NCBI GenBank assembly: GCA_973895155.1
Contig: OZ316894.1
Coordinates: 15,864,699-15,928,698, forward strand
Length of the DNA stretch: 64,000 nt
Source of the DNA: Marsupella aquatica
Lineage: Eukaryota; Plantae; Marchantiophyta
Direction of reading: 5' to 3'
Shown here piece after piece: positions 40,892-52,618 of the stretch (within the stretch, counting starts at the first letter, position 1; every line of letters begins with the position of its first letter). Below the pieces are notes generated by a model. That model saw only the letters and a list, made by a program, of their open reading frames with translations. It had not been told where the DNA came from and ran no database searches. The position numbers and the translations under genes are program-made.

Positions 40892-40928
40892 AAGAAGAAG
40901 AAGAAGAAGAAGAAGAAGAAGAAGAAGA
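40892..40928. repeat. (AAG)n microsatellite
   Basis: About 12 AAG units following an A-run. Confidence 0.95.
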
Positions 40929-42072
40929 GTTGTTGCAGTACAGGTGCTCTGCAATTTGGATGAAACTGTAGTCTAGCTCAAGGGTTATTCGCTATTTAGA
41001 AAGATTCATACTCAGCGACCAGACAAGCAATTACCTGTTTGCTGTGTTACTTAGGGGTTGACATTTCTTCAATAGTGAAAGATTAAAAACCTATGTAATC
41101 CACGTGGTCAAGGCCCATGGTCATGCTCATTGCCCACTTAACAACTGACATAACTGATAAGTCATTTGTGTTAAAACAAATTCAATTCCACACTCAACTA
41201 TGTATTTTAGCAGCTGGCAATGTTAAGTTCTAGATCTCTAGATCTGACATCATATCTGCTAGTTCACTTAAGTAATAATGCAAATTCCTTCTCCTAGCAA
41301 CTCCTCATACTTCAAACAAAACTCCTACATTCCTATCCTGCTGATCCAATGAAATTGATGGTGCCCACTTGAAAAGAAACATGTACATTAGCTTGAGATG
41401 ACACCAAGAAGTCCACAAAGCTTTCCTCCTGCAGTTTTTGTTCTTGAGATGTGAACCGGGAGCCCTGAACCTCTTCCGTAGTTTAGGGTTTAACCTTGCA
41501 AAACCCGCTCCTTACCCCAAAGTAACATTTATTCTCTCGATTGAAAAATCTCCTTTCCACTATATGTACTCCTTATAAACAAACCAAAACACCATCCCAT
41601 TAGAAGATATAGTCAAGCACTGCCCGCCCCTGCTCCAACAGAAGGAAAAGAAAAACAAAAGGTATTCAACAAATAAAATATAGAAAATATTACAAAACCC
41701 AAAAGTATCCCACCCCATCGTGTCCTTTTTAATTTGCCGCATCAAAACACTGTGGCCCTCCACCACGACCCACCCCAATGGATAGAAAAACAAATAATAT
41801 ATAAACAGAGAAACTCACACGGGCATCACCACCGAGACAGGAAACAGGAAAACAGGAACCTGTACCATGAATGTTTTGAAGTTTTGAGCCCACATTTTAG
41901 CGAAAGGTAACACTTGATCGGGTTCCTTACAACAACTAAATGCAGTCACTTCTCCACCACATATACATAAACCATCGAGTGGGTCCCACCATACACTGGC
42001 TGCTGATACGAAACACACTCGAAATGTTACTTATCTTAAAAATATCATCGGAATCGGAACTGTATTCTATAA

Positions 42073-45000
42073 TATCGCTAGGTGCTAACAAAAAAACAAA
42101 CCAAGATTTCTAGCCCATTTAAATAAACTTCTTGCAAAAATACTTACTAGTGTAAGAGTTTAGATGAGAAGAATTTCCATTCCCAGAATGTTAAGAAACG
42201 GAAATTTTGGTGGCAAACACAAGTACTTTAAAGCATCCATCCGGCCCATGAAATGAAAGAGATTCACTCAGAACGGGACAAACTTATGCTAGCGCTGGGC
42301 GCTAGCCATATATATTAACCAAATGTGATCGTTGAAAAGAAATGAAACGTTGCACATGCGACAAATGAGGTTGGAGCCGTTCAACGTTACTAAATCTCTA
42401 GTCTATAAGTTTAGAGAATTCTGCCTAGCTAGAATGAGCCTCACCTCACCTACAGTCAAAATTGGCTGACTAGCCAAAGTTGAATCCACGACATCTAGTT
42501 TGAGGACGTTGGTATAAACCCAATATAGATGCTTGCAAGGCATGAAAGGCTGTCCATGAGAATGGTGACGATAGAAGTCCTCACAAGAACAGTAGGGGAA
42601 AATACAAATCTGCACCCAGTAAGTGTTTGTCGTACGAAGTTTCTCTTGGGTCTGGATCTGAAATTGTTTGCCCCAGGAGTTTCCGATTGAAACATCAAAC
42701 TGTTGAATCAGTGTCATCGGCTCCTTGTTTGCAGATTCAATTCTTTTGTTGTGTCCTTGTGAAAGATTTGAACGTGGGACTGTATTTTTACCATTCCTAC
42801 TCCGAAGGCGGATATTTGGCTCCAGGAGATTGATTTTCTCAGGGAAAACATTCACATTGATTCGCAAGTCAAATGGAGATGGAGGAGCCTGACGTCCGGC
42901 CTCTGGATTGATCGCAATCCCTTGCTGAGATAGGAATTGGACCTCAGCTTCCGAAAGATTTGTGCCCTTCAAAACGGGCAGGGTATGAGGAAACAGGGGA
43001 AGATTCACCACATTACGATGGGGCCGACTCTTATAGCATGCATTATTGGGACAGAACCAAATCATCTCAGGATGTGGTTCTCTCCTGAACATGCGGTATC
43101 CTTTGACAACAATGCCAACTACACCATCCGTTGACGGGTAACCAACCTTTTTCAGACGATTTCGACATTCATCTCGATCCGATTTACCACCAAGAGATCC
43201 ATTACATTGAGGCCCTGCACCATGTTTCGTCACTCTTCGCAGGTGCCAAGCACCTGGTCGCACATCTGTCTCCAACACAAATGAATCATGGACAACCCTT
43301 TGGAGGTTCGGAGGTGCACTATGCAGCGCTACAGAAGACCTTGTCACCCTCCTCCACGATGGAGTACTCCAATGACAGCCTTCTTTGATTTCGCTCTCCG
43401 ACAGATCCACAACGCCAATGTTATCGTGAACAGGTCCCTCTGCATTCGGGGAGAATTTGGTCTTGTTTAAGTTTTTCCTCTTCATGCCTCGAGTATTTGG
43501 TGATGTTACAAGAATAGTGTCATGCCGATGGGAGTCTTGTGCCGAGATGTTCCCAGAGGCTTGACCTTTCCTCTTCATAGACTTTGTTGTAACATCCCCA
43601 TTGAGTGGACCACTCCTTTCCAGGTCGAATTCAGCCGCACCGGAAAGAAGCATATTGGAAGCATCTTGGAAAAGTTTTGAAGAACCTGCCTGGTCCACCG
43701 AACGGAATGCCAATTCCCAAATTGTAGGTCCGGTTCCTCGGTGAAGACCTCTCTTATACGCCGTGTATGCTGCAACTTGTGAGACACCCCTGTTTTGGTC
43801 CATCTCACATGCTTCGAATAGGCCAGCCTTTTTCTTAGTTTGCCAAGCCTTCATTATGGAATGCGCCGCCTCTGAAGTAGTACAGTTAGGAATCATAGCG
43901 CTTTCCTCCACGCTTTTGTTCTGCATCCACCATAGGAGCAGAGTTTAGGAAATATGAATTAGCCACATGTACATAAAATCAATGACAGCGCCTGGCGCTA
44001 GCAACATTCAAACTAAAATTTTGTAAATTTAAGAAACAAGTGGTCCATTAATACTAGCATCGGGCGCTAGTATCAAAAACCAGATAATGATGAACAAAAC
44101 CTACGAGACCACACTAACTGAAAATAATGGTAGCGCCAAGCGCTAGTATGAGTTCGAGTGGTTACTGGATGTTGAAACTCACCAAACGAATGAAATTTCC
44201 CCATTGATGCCATCGGACCACCCACCACGCCAACCAACCTTGGAGCATTCAAAGCTTCCCTGGAACACAATTCCCAGATCTCCACCATACATCGATATCC
44301 CTTGAAATTCTGTACGCTCCAAGAAATGTGGACGCGTTCCTTAAAGAGTCCCACATCTTCCGATGCTCATCTCGTTTTTCTTCCAATACACCTTCAATCG
44401 AGTGACGATGAAACGATTGATAGAAGTGAAACGCATCCGATCGCTCCTTTTCTGGGTTAGGATGTCCTCCGAAAAACACATTCCGAACAGCATTCCATCC
44501 AGCTTGGGCATTGTCAGCCATGAATCCATGGATCACAACATTATCCAACCCATTTTCATGGCAAACCTCAATCATCAATTTCCAGGCTTTCTCTAAAGAC
44601 TCTGAATCTTTTGCTTTCAACTCACATGTGAAAATTGTGCAAAGAGCACGATAATTGTGATCATAAACATGTGCGCTAAAAGTTATCCAATATTTTGTCA
44701 TCCTCCTCATCACATCAAAACTGACCCATGCCCCTTCCAATGGACCTCCAGGCTGCATTTGGTGCAACAAATCAACTCCAGATCCGTGCCCTTTTACAGT
44801 CATTTTGAAAATATGTGGCCTATCCTCTTTACAGCCTTGACCTGGGAGCATGTAACGTTGTAGAAAGGGAAAGATTATGCATTTATGCATTTCAACAAGA
44901 AACTCCAACTCACCTTTGCCTTTTTGGTCTTGCCGAACGCTTCGAAAAAGAGATGCAAACTTTTGAGGGGTCGAAACTACCATTAACGACTCCCAAATTT

Positions 45001-48000
45001 CTCTTTCCTCCAATTCACCAATGTCATTGTTGGACACACAAAGAGCCTTCCTTAAAGATCCAGTTATAGCGTTCTTCAGACCCGATGGTGTGGCACACGG
45101 CGTAGCTTCATGTTGTTTCTTTATGAAGTTGTGAGCAATCTTTTCACCACCACGAGAAAAAACTTTTTGACTGGGATGAGCATGAGTTCCGACATGCACA
45201 GCAAGACGGGACATATGCTTACAAGTATCCTCGTCTAGAAGTAGTTGAGGGTACATATAAAAAAGCATTGCAGGACATGCTTCAGTACAAAAGGGTAATT
45301 GTTGGCAATAGTGACAAATTACGCCACCCTTGTCAATCATCTTTCCTACGGTATGTGGCCCCGCGAGTTTGGGTGTCCCATCCCAAGCTTTACAATTTCT
45401 TCATTTCTTCCACAAAAGATAATCACACTTCTGATTCTGACATTCTAGTGCTCCTGTGCACGTCACTTTACCAAATTCCCAGAACTTTTTTGGTTGTACA
45501 TTCGCAGAGGTTGGAAATATTCGAGTCCAGAAGTAGTAGTCTTTCGGCCGATCCATGTCACGGAGTCTTGAACCTTTTGAAAGAAGACCTTCTGCGGGAG
45601 GCAATTCAAATACAACGTTTCCATTGTATTTTCTTGGGAGGCAATTCACCTGCTCATGCCTGAAATCACATGTTCGGATGAATCGCGACAGTTCACTATG
45701 GCCAGTTGATTTGAGAATAGCATCCATCGCGCTTCGACGGTAGACAATACCTCCCGCAACACCCCCCACAACGTGTGTCTCCGCAACACCCCCCGCAACG
45801 TGTGTCTCGGAAGGAAACTGACCTTCCATCTTGACCAAAGTTCCCGGATTGGGCGATTTTTGCGAATGAATGGCAACATCCTCCTCATCACTATCGGAAA
45901 GGTGAATGACTGGAACCAGATGAATTTCATTCGTAACGGAATTATCTCGAAGATTGATATAGTATCTCTTCCCAGCGTTCAATTGCCAAAATCTGACTCC
46001 ATCGTCGATATCAAACAATGCGTCACCAGCCTCATCTCCAGAAGCATCAACAGGTTTGATGGAAAGAATGTCATTGATGCCAATGTCAAATCTTCTACAA
46101 AGATAGTTCTCACTAACCTGTTTGTATGTATCGAAAGAACCTAAAGGAATGCGTATAATCTCTCCAGTTCCAGAACGCAGAAGCACAACTGAATTAGACA
46201 TTGCGGAACAATAATCCCGAATTGACAAACAGAGAAAATGAGAGAATAGGAGAACATAACCCGACTTAAGTTAAGTTAATTTGTAACAAACTCCAGAAGA
46301 TTATCGTTTGTGAACGACAAAACGGGTACTAGTCGTAAAATGTAGAAACATAAATGTCGTTTATCATTTTGCCAACGTCACTACGTACTGGTAACATCAA
46401 TAATATAGTTTGAGAAACATGATCAGATATTTACTAGCGCCCGGCGCTACCATAAATAAGTCATGGAATTAAAACCTAAAAACCAAACTTCATATGCTAG
46501 CGCCAGGCGCTATCATTAATCCACTTCCATTTAAAGGTGAAAACTCTATTAATTTTATTGGAATAACAAAAATGTCAAAAGACATTGAGTTTGTTTGATA
46601 TAATTGTTGTTTATAGGAAATATACACGTATCAAATATAGTTAGCGCCCGGCGCTGACATAATTTCATGGCTGACATCAGTGTTAATGATGTTATTTTAG
46701 TGGTTTTTGAATGCTATGCCTGGCGCTAGTATCCAAAGGAATGACTTGTATTATCCCAACGGTTATATCTAACGGTAAAGTGCATGAACGTACTCATTGT
46801 TTCACGCTTTTTGTAGTTGACTTATTTAACAAAAGCCTACGGATCATCGCTCCTCCCTTACCCTAGTTAAAAAGAGGCGTTACATATACTCATTCTAAAC
46901 AGTATCGGCCACTTGTCCTTGTCATGATTGGTGAGTGAGATCCCTTTCTTCCGCATCGATCTACCTCCCATGATGTCAACCGCCCAAGTTTTAAAGGTTT
47001 CCTGCTTGTTCTTTTTGTACGGTAATTTGTTCAGAGCATGAGAATAGACACTGGCTCTGTGTCGTACAAGCACCTTCGCAAACTTTGGGGCTCCACGATG
47101 CAACCTTCAAGCGCTCCAAGCTCTCCAAGAGGGTATACCACGGTTCCGGAGGGAGATCAGGGTCATTGCAAGAGTACACAATCTTCATTCTCTGGGGCAT
47201 TCTATTCGCGTCGTGTTACAAGATCGAGCGGAGCGATTCCTTCGTCAAACATAACACTCCCAAGCCAGAAGGGGCAGAATGGAGATTGATGGCATGACCG
47301 ATTACGCTTTGGGAGAGGGCAACAAGGTAGGACTTGGAATGGATGAAGTCATCTCCAAACACATCATGTCGTTTGGGAAAGATTTCCGGGGGAATGAGAA
47401 GGAACCTCCACGGATTCCGCTTTATCGCCTGGTCCACATGGAGGTTGTTCGGACGTTACAGAAGGAGAATGCATCAATTGAGAAATTGAAAGACTCATTC
47501 CAAAGTAGTGGATACAATCCTAGGATAGGAATGCAGTTTTTTGTACAGCCGACTGATTCGGATGGTGTGGAGCAAATCTGCACTGAAGAGATCAGGGAGA
47601 GTTGGGATGCAATTTGGGTTGCTGAGAACGAGAAGTTTGAGCTGGAGTGCGAGGCAGATCCTGCCTTTATGATCTTGAAAGACAAAATGTTCTCAGTGTT
47701 CGACGGGAATCATCGACTTTACTCGTGGACGATGGTCACAAAGGAAAATCCCGACAACGTCAAGTATCATCCCAGAGTTCTCTGCACAATTTTCAAGGGT
47801 GACAAAGCTTTGCAAATTCAGATTGAGGCGGCTATGCACACTGTGAACCAGTACGTTTTTTGCCCTAACTTGTAATTAACGATTTCCGCAATACTTAGTT
47901 ATTACATAAATACAGTGTTTATGGAGTGTTTATAGAATAATATAGTGTTTATAGGCTAATTGAGTGTTTAAGTTAAGCTAGCGCCCGGCGCTAATAACTG

Positions 48001-50312
48001 AAAACCTGGCCTATTGCAGGTTAGGGCAGGCCGTTGTTGAACCGTCGTGGATCCTTGACGCAGACAGAATCCGGAGGATTCTTTCTCACGATCTAGAGCA
48101 CTACAAGTCTATCATTGACAGCGCCAATTATGCAAAGTTTGAGTATATCAAACAGAAGACTCAAAAACATTCTTGGTACACAAGAAAAATGCCTCTGGAA
48201 GCTCTAGTCTATATTTTATGCGAAAACAAAATTAAAGCTTACACTAACCAGTTCAAGATGGACATGGCACTGGCAGCAAGTCAAGGCAATCCTTGGTCGG
48301 CTGATGACATCACAAAGCGGCAATCGCTCATGTTGAAAGAGTCTACTAAAGATTGGTCCACGAAAACATCCAAAATCACTCCTCTTCTTAGTCCTGAGTT
48401 TGAAGATTTTCTAGGTACCTGTGCAGAGATGTATGTTTTGACAGAGAAAAACAAGCGAGAGAAAAAACCAGATTCGGTTGTTTGCACTATGGACCGTGCC
48501 AGACTCTTCACTGCAGTTTCGGCGCTTGATCCAAAATTGAGGTGTACATTGCTCGTTGCTCACTGTACTCCAGAGTTGAGAAAACAATTCTTCCACCCTT
48601 CGAGTGTGAACGATGATCCAGTGAAGCAGTACGTGGTGCCACACATGGCAAACATGGAATACCGTCGAGGGAATTGCAATTGGGATGCTACACTCGGCAA
48701 TTTCCACAGTGATTGAAACGCTACCGGTTGATAGGCTTGCCCAGTCAGGGTGTGACTCGGTAGAAAATCTGATTGAAGTAATTTCAAGTGAATTTCGAAG
48801 GTATGGGGATCTTGTGAAGGCAAAGTTCTTCAACACCATGTGGCCATCAAGATACCCTGATAAAGAGGTATATACCGAGAAAAATCAGAAGAGGGCCAAG
48901 AGGTATTTGTATCGTTTCTACATTTGAATGGAAATTCATTCCCCGGATGCTCTTTGGGCGTATCCAGCCGCATTTCACAAGTGGATTACTGTAAAGGAGG
49001 GAGATCTTGTTTGTGACTTATACTCGATGTATCCTGCCGAGGGTAAACTACCCCCAAGGGAAATGTCCGAGTGGGAAAGAATTCACTGCCCATGGTACCT
49101 TGACACAGACAAGTGGGATTCACCCTTTGATGAAGTGGAGAAGGATTGGTTTCTGAAACTTGCAAAGTCACAGATCCTTCCCAACATTGTTTCTGAGATG
49201 AAGCAAGGTCTCCTTAGCGACATTGATAAATCTTCTACGGAGTTACAGACAATCTGTGAGACAGTAGTTGTCCATGTAGATAGGAGCCGCAAGCCATGAG
49301 GGAAAGTTAAAATAGACACTGCAGTGCCAAGTGCCTCCACGCGATCCAGAAAGAAACGTAAGTTTTCAATCTTTTTTTCAAATGTTTGCTAGCGCCCGGC
49401 ACTGCCATTCTTGTGTTTCAATCTTCATCAGTGTTTGCTTGAAGGCCCTAATCCCACATTCTTTGCAATATGTTCATAGGTCAAAAGAAGTCAGATGCAG
49501 ATGGCATAGATGATACGAAGGTTACCCCAAAAGCTTCAAAAGCAAATACTGGCGCTTTGCCAGATCCACTTACACCAGTTAATTCTGGGAAATCGATTGT
49601 CCCAGTCGATGCAACCAGTACAAAAAAGAAAAGCAGAAGGACTCGAGATGTTGGACAATCAGAACGGGATTCTCAAGCTGTCACTGGGCTCCAACGTGAT
49701 GTTGGGGATTTTAAAGCCAAGTCGTCTCGTCATTGTTTCGTTGAGACCAGTGTCAGTGAACTTGTGGACAGTGTGTTTAATAAGGAGGAGAAGCCGGAAT
49801 GGGTAAATGATGCCGAAAAGTGGGGGAAAAACCTGATCAAATCTGGATGCCGGCTGAAAGGAGTGGTGAGGGGTGGGAAGCAAAGACCTTTTGGTGTTGA
49901 CGCTGGTTTTATTTACTTGCCAACTGGGCTAAAACCGACTTTGCTTGACAGAAAGGTCCCTAAATGGAACGTCCCCGACTGTACCCTACCCCGATCCTTT
50001 TTCCGGGCAATGGATCCTTTTTTGTCGGATGACGGAATTATTGCGATACTCCATACGAGGGAGTATGATCAAATTTCGCAGGTCATCTCCGCTTGTCAAG
50101 AGTCCAAGAAATTCCAGTGTCTATGTACACATAATGTCGTCATGGGGTTCCCAATGTACAAAGCGAAGTCTGATTTACAGGTAATTTTGTTGATCCTTTT
50201 GCTAGCGCCAGGCGCTATTCATATTATGTATTACTTTCTTTTTTTATTTGACCTTATTTCAGGTAAACTATTCAACGTGATTTTTTGGATTATTTGCTAG
50301 CGTCCGGCGCTA
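42073..50312. repeat. Dispersed 15-bp palindrome TAGCGCC-N-GGCGCTA, 12-13 copies
   Basis: Starts at 42073 (degenerate), 42290, 43986, 44055, 44131, 46435, 46498, 46642, 46714, 47979, 49390, 50203 and 50298. Perfect copies are at 46435, 46498, 47979 and 50203. Confidence 0.92.
42403..46201 (-). pseudogene. MULE-type DDE transposase with an N-terminal GCM/WRKY-like Zn domain and a C-terminal SWIM finger (~1178 aa reconstructed)
   Basis: Exons 44183-46201 and 42403-43920 (GT-AG intron 43921-44182), with in-frame TGA at 45401 and 44249. GCM-like CTGALECQNQKC...CHYC...CP...GTHAHP; catalytic WVSFD, GFMADNAQAGWNAV..F...DAFHFYQS and TTSEAAH; SWIM YWVQI...CSCEDF...PCKHLYWV. Confidence 0.8.
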
Positions 50313-50690
50313 TTGTAATCTGAGGGTCCTTCCTCTATTTTGTTCCCTTTTCAGGTATTCACTTTACGTTTGGATGTATTTTCGCGGATATCATCCAAGG
50401 TGAAAGTCCCAAAAGATCCTAAGTTCAAACCCCTTTCAAAAACAGAGGATCCTTCCATTACAAATCTGATTGGACTTCCCTTCGCGAAGGTTGATACAAC
50501 TCCAGAGCTTGAATTTGCCGGGAATGCCAGACTACATCCAGGATTCATGCAGTCTGTGTTGGAACTAATTACGTGTCCAAGAGATATTGTTCTGGATTGG
50601 GCTGTAGGTTCGGGGAGTACATTTGTTGCAGGTGATAATTGTGGTCAATTTGTAATTGGACTCGAGAATAGGAAGGAGTTTGGAGTTTGA
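47279..50690 (+). pseudogene. ParB/Srx-like domain fused to a beta-class N4/N6 DNA amino-methyltransferase-like domain
   Basis: Exons 47279-47850, 48020-49357, 49480-50180 and 50355-50690 (GT-AG, phase compatible), with a frameshift at ~48670 and TGA at 48927 and 49299. ParB-like: RIPLYRL...VR....SIEKLKDSFQSSGY and FSVFDGNHRL. MTase-like: VDAGFIYLPTG (motif IV position), FFRAMDPFLSDDGIIAI and LHPGFMQSVLELITCPRDIVLDWAVGSGSTFVAG..CGQFVIGLE (motifs X-I-II). Confidence 0.72.
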
Positions 50691-50700
50691 GCCAAGCAAA

Positions 50701-52462
50701 CATAACATTGATGTTATGCACATTGAAAAGAATATTTGTGAGAGTCTACTCAGATTCTTGTGTGGAGAGAAAGACACTGGTTCAGTGAGATCTTGAACAA
50801 AGGGGAATGAAACCCCATCTTTGGTTGAGGCCACATGCCCACAGAGCTGATGTGCTCTTGAAGTACCAAGCGCCCTATGTTATGACAGACACAGAGTGGG
50901 AACTATTTGTGCAGAGGTTGAGTTCTTTGAAGGTTCCTTCAAACTATGGCAGTGCTTTCAAGAAGCATATCATGACTAGAAAGCTTGGTAGTATGAAAAG
51001 CCATGACTACCATATGTTGATGCAACAGGTGTTGCCTTTATGCCTGAGGGGCCTGTTGCAGAAGCCTGTTCGTACTGTGATCATGCGACTCAGTGATGTG
51101 TTTCGTCGTATTTGTGTGAAGGTTTGGGATGAAACACACTTCCCACAACTGACAGAAGATGTCGCTCAGGTGCTGTGTGACCTGGAGATTTATTTTCCTC
51201 CCGCATTTTTTGATGTCATGACCCACCTACTTGTCCATGTTGTGGAAGAGCTACACCAATTTGGGCCTGTGAGTGCTCGTTGGTTGTACCCTTTGGAACG
51301 GTACATGGAGCTACTCAAAGGTCACGTGAGAACATATTACAAACCTGAAGCAAGCATGGCTAAAGGTTACATCAAGGATGAGACTCTGGGATTTCTGACC
51401 GAATACATAGCACAATATGAGCATGTGAAGACCAGGGTGTGGAATTCTGATGAGGAGGAAGGGGTGATAGGTGAAGTACTGGAAGGGGCTGCAACCACAA
51501 AGAACCTGACCATATCTATGAGAGACTTGGCACATGACTTTGTATTGCACAACACTGTGGTGATGGAACCCTGGATACAGTGAGTGCATACATGTGCTAT
51601 AATCCAGTTCATGAGCTTAAATGTTGTGTTCGTGTGGTTTTCTCCTTCAGCCTGTTCATGTTTACCCAAGCTAATGCTGTGTGGTTGTTCGTTCAGGGAG
51701 TATGAGTCATTGAAGGCGACCCATCCCACTGCAGGAACAACTTTTCCAGGTTTCATGGAGTGGATCAGAGTGGCAATTAGAGAGCATCACGAGACCCACC
51801 CAAACATGGATGCAGATGTTTACCTACTGTCTAATGCCCCTAGCCTGAAAGTGAAGACTTACAAACGGATGAGAGCATATGGGAATCACTTCCGAGTGAA
51901 GGATGGTGACAGTGCCTACAGGGTGACGAATGACTGCGGGCTCATCACTGTATTTGAGCAACAGAGCCACAATCACGACAGGGCCTGGATGGAGATGGGA
52001 TATGTGGGAGAATTAGTTGACATATGGGCTCTGGACTATGGGGCGGTGTCCAGTCCTGTGATTCTTATGAAAGGTTCATGGGTGCGGCAGGATTGGCTTG
52101 GTAACAGGGCTACCATGAAGAGAGACAACGACGGTTTCTTGCTGGCCAATTTCAGAGGGAAATTGCCCGAATGGTCTGAGCCATTTGTGTTTCCTAGTCA
52201 GGTGGAGCAAGCTTTCTTCCTGGATGTGGAAGACTCCCCAGGTTGGCGTGTAGTGTGTCATAAACAGGCCAGGCAACGTCGGATGGAAGGATCAAACCTT
52301 GAGTTTCATTTACACTCTCATAGTGCCTTTGATCGTCGGCGTTCAGACCAAGTGCCTGTAGTTCATGATAGCGGGGACTTCATTCTTGTGACAAGGGTAG
52401 ATGCATTTGCTGAAGGAGGCAAATTCAGAGATGCAGATGCCAACAGTGTGCCTGTGCCATGA
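50701..52462 (+). pseudogene. 5'-truncated CACTA/EnSpm TnpD transposase (DUF4218 and DUF4216 regions)
   Basis: HNIDVMHIEKN at 50701; KSHDYHMLMQQ.LP; FPPAFFDVMTHLLVH..GPV..RW.YP.ERYM..LK..VR...PEASMAKGY; intron 51580-51696; YVG.L.DIW.LDY...EPFVFPSQVEQAFF. Frameshift at ~50790. Confidence 0.92.
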
Positions 52463-52618
52463 GTAATGTGAATTGTTTGCATGGACATTAGTGAGGGGAA
52501 GGATGTGTAATAAAGTAATTCTGAAGCAACACAGATGTATGGATGGATGCCTGGTGATTGTGGTTGCATTGTGTTATACGGGGTGACCATAGATGACATG
52601 TTTTTGTGGTCCAATAGG

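Larger units (their letters stand above)
42070..50690. mobile_element. Mutator-like DNA transposon carrying a ParB-methyltransferase cargo gene; termini not identified, right side truncated
   Basis: A divergent pair of transposase and cargo genes is tied together by a palindrome that I saw only within this interval. The right junction runs straight into CACTA TnpD sequence. Confidence 0.7.

Noticed and set aside
41470-42020. Possible LINE 3' fragment (ORF 41815-42018)
   Set aside because: No diagnostic RT or zinc-knuckle motif.
42141-42152. TTACTAGTG as a CACTA end
   Set aside because: Wrong orientation for a left end and no subterminal repeat field.
47279-50690. Bacterial contamination as the source of the ParB-MTase gene
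   Set aside because: The gene has three phase-compatible spliceosomal introns and is embedded among plant TEs and genes.
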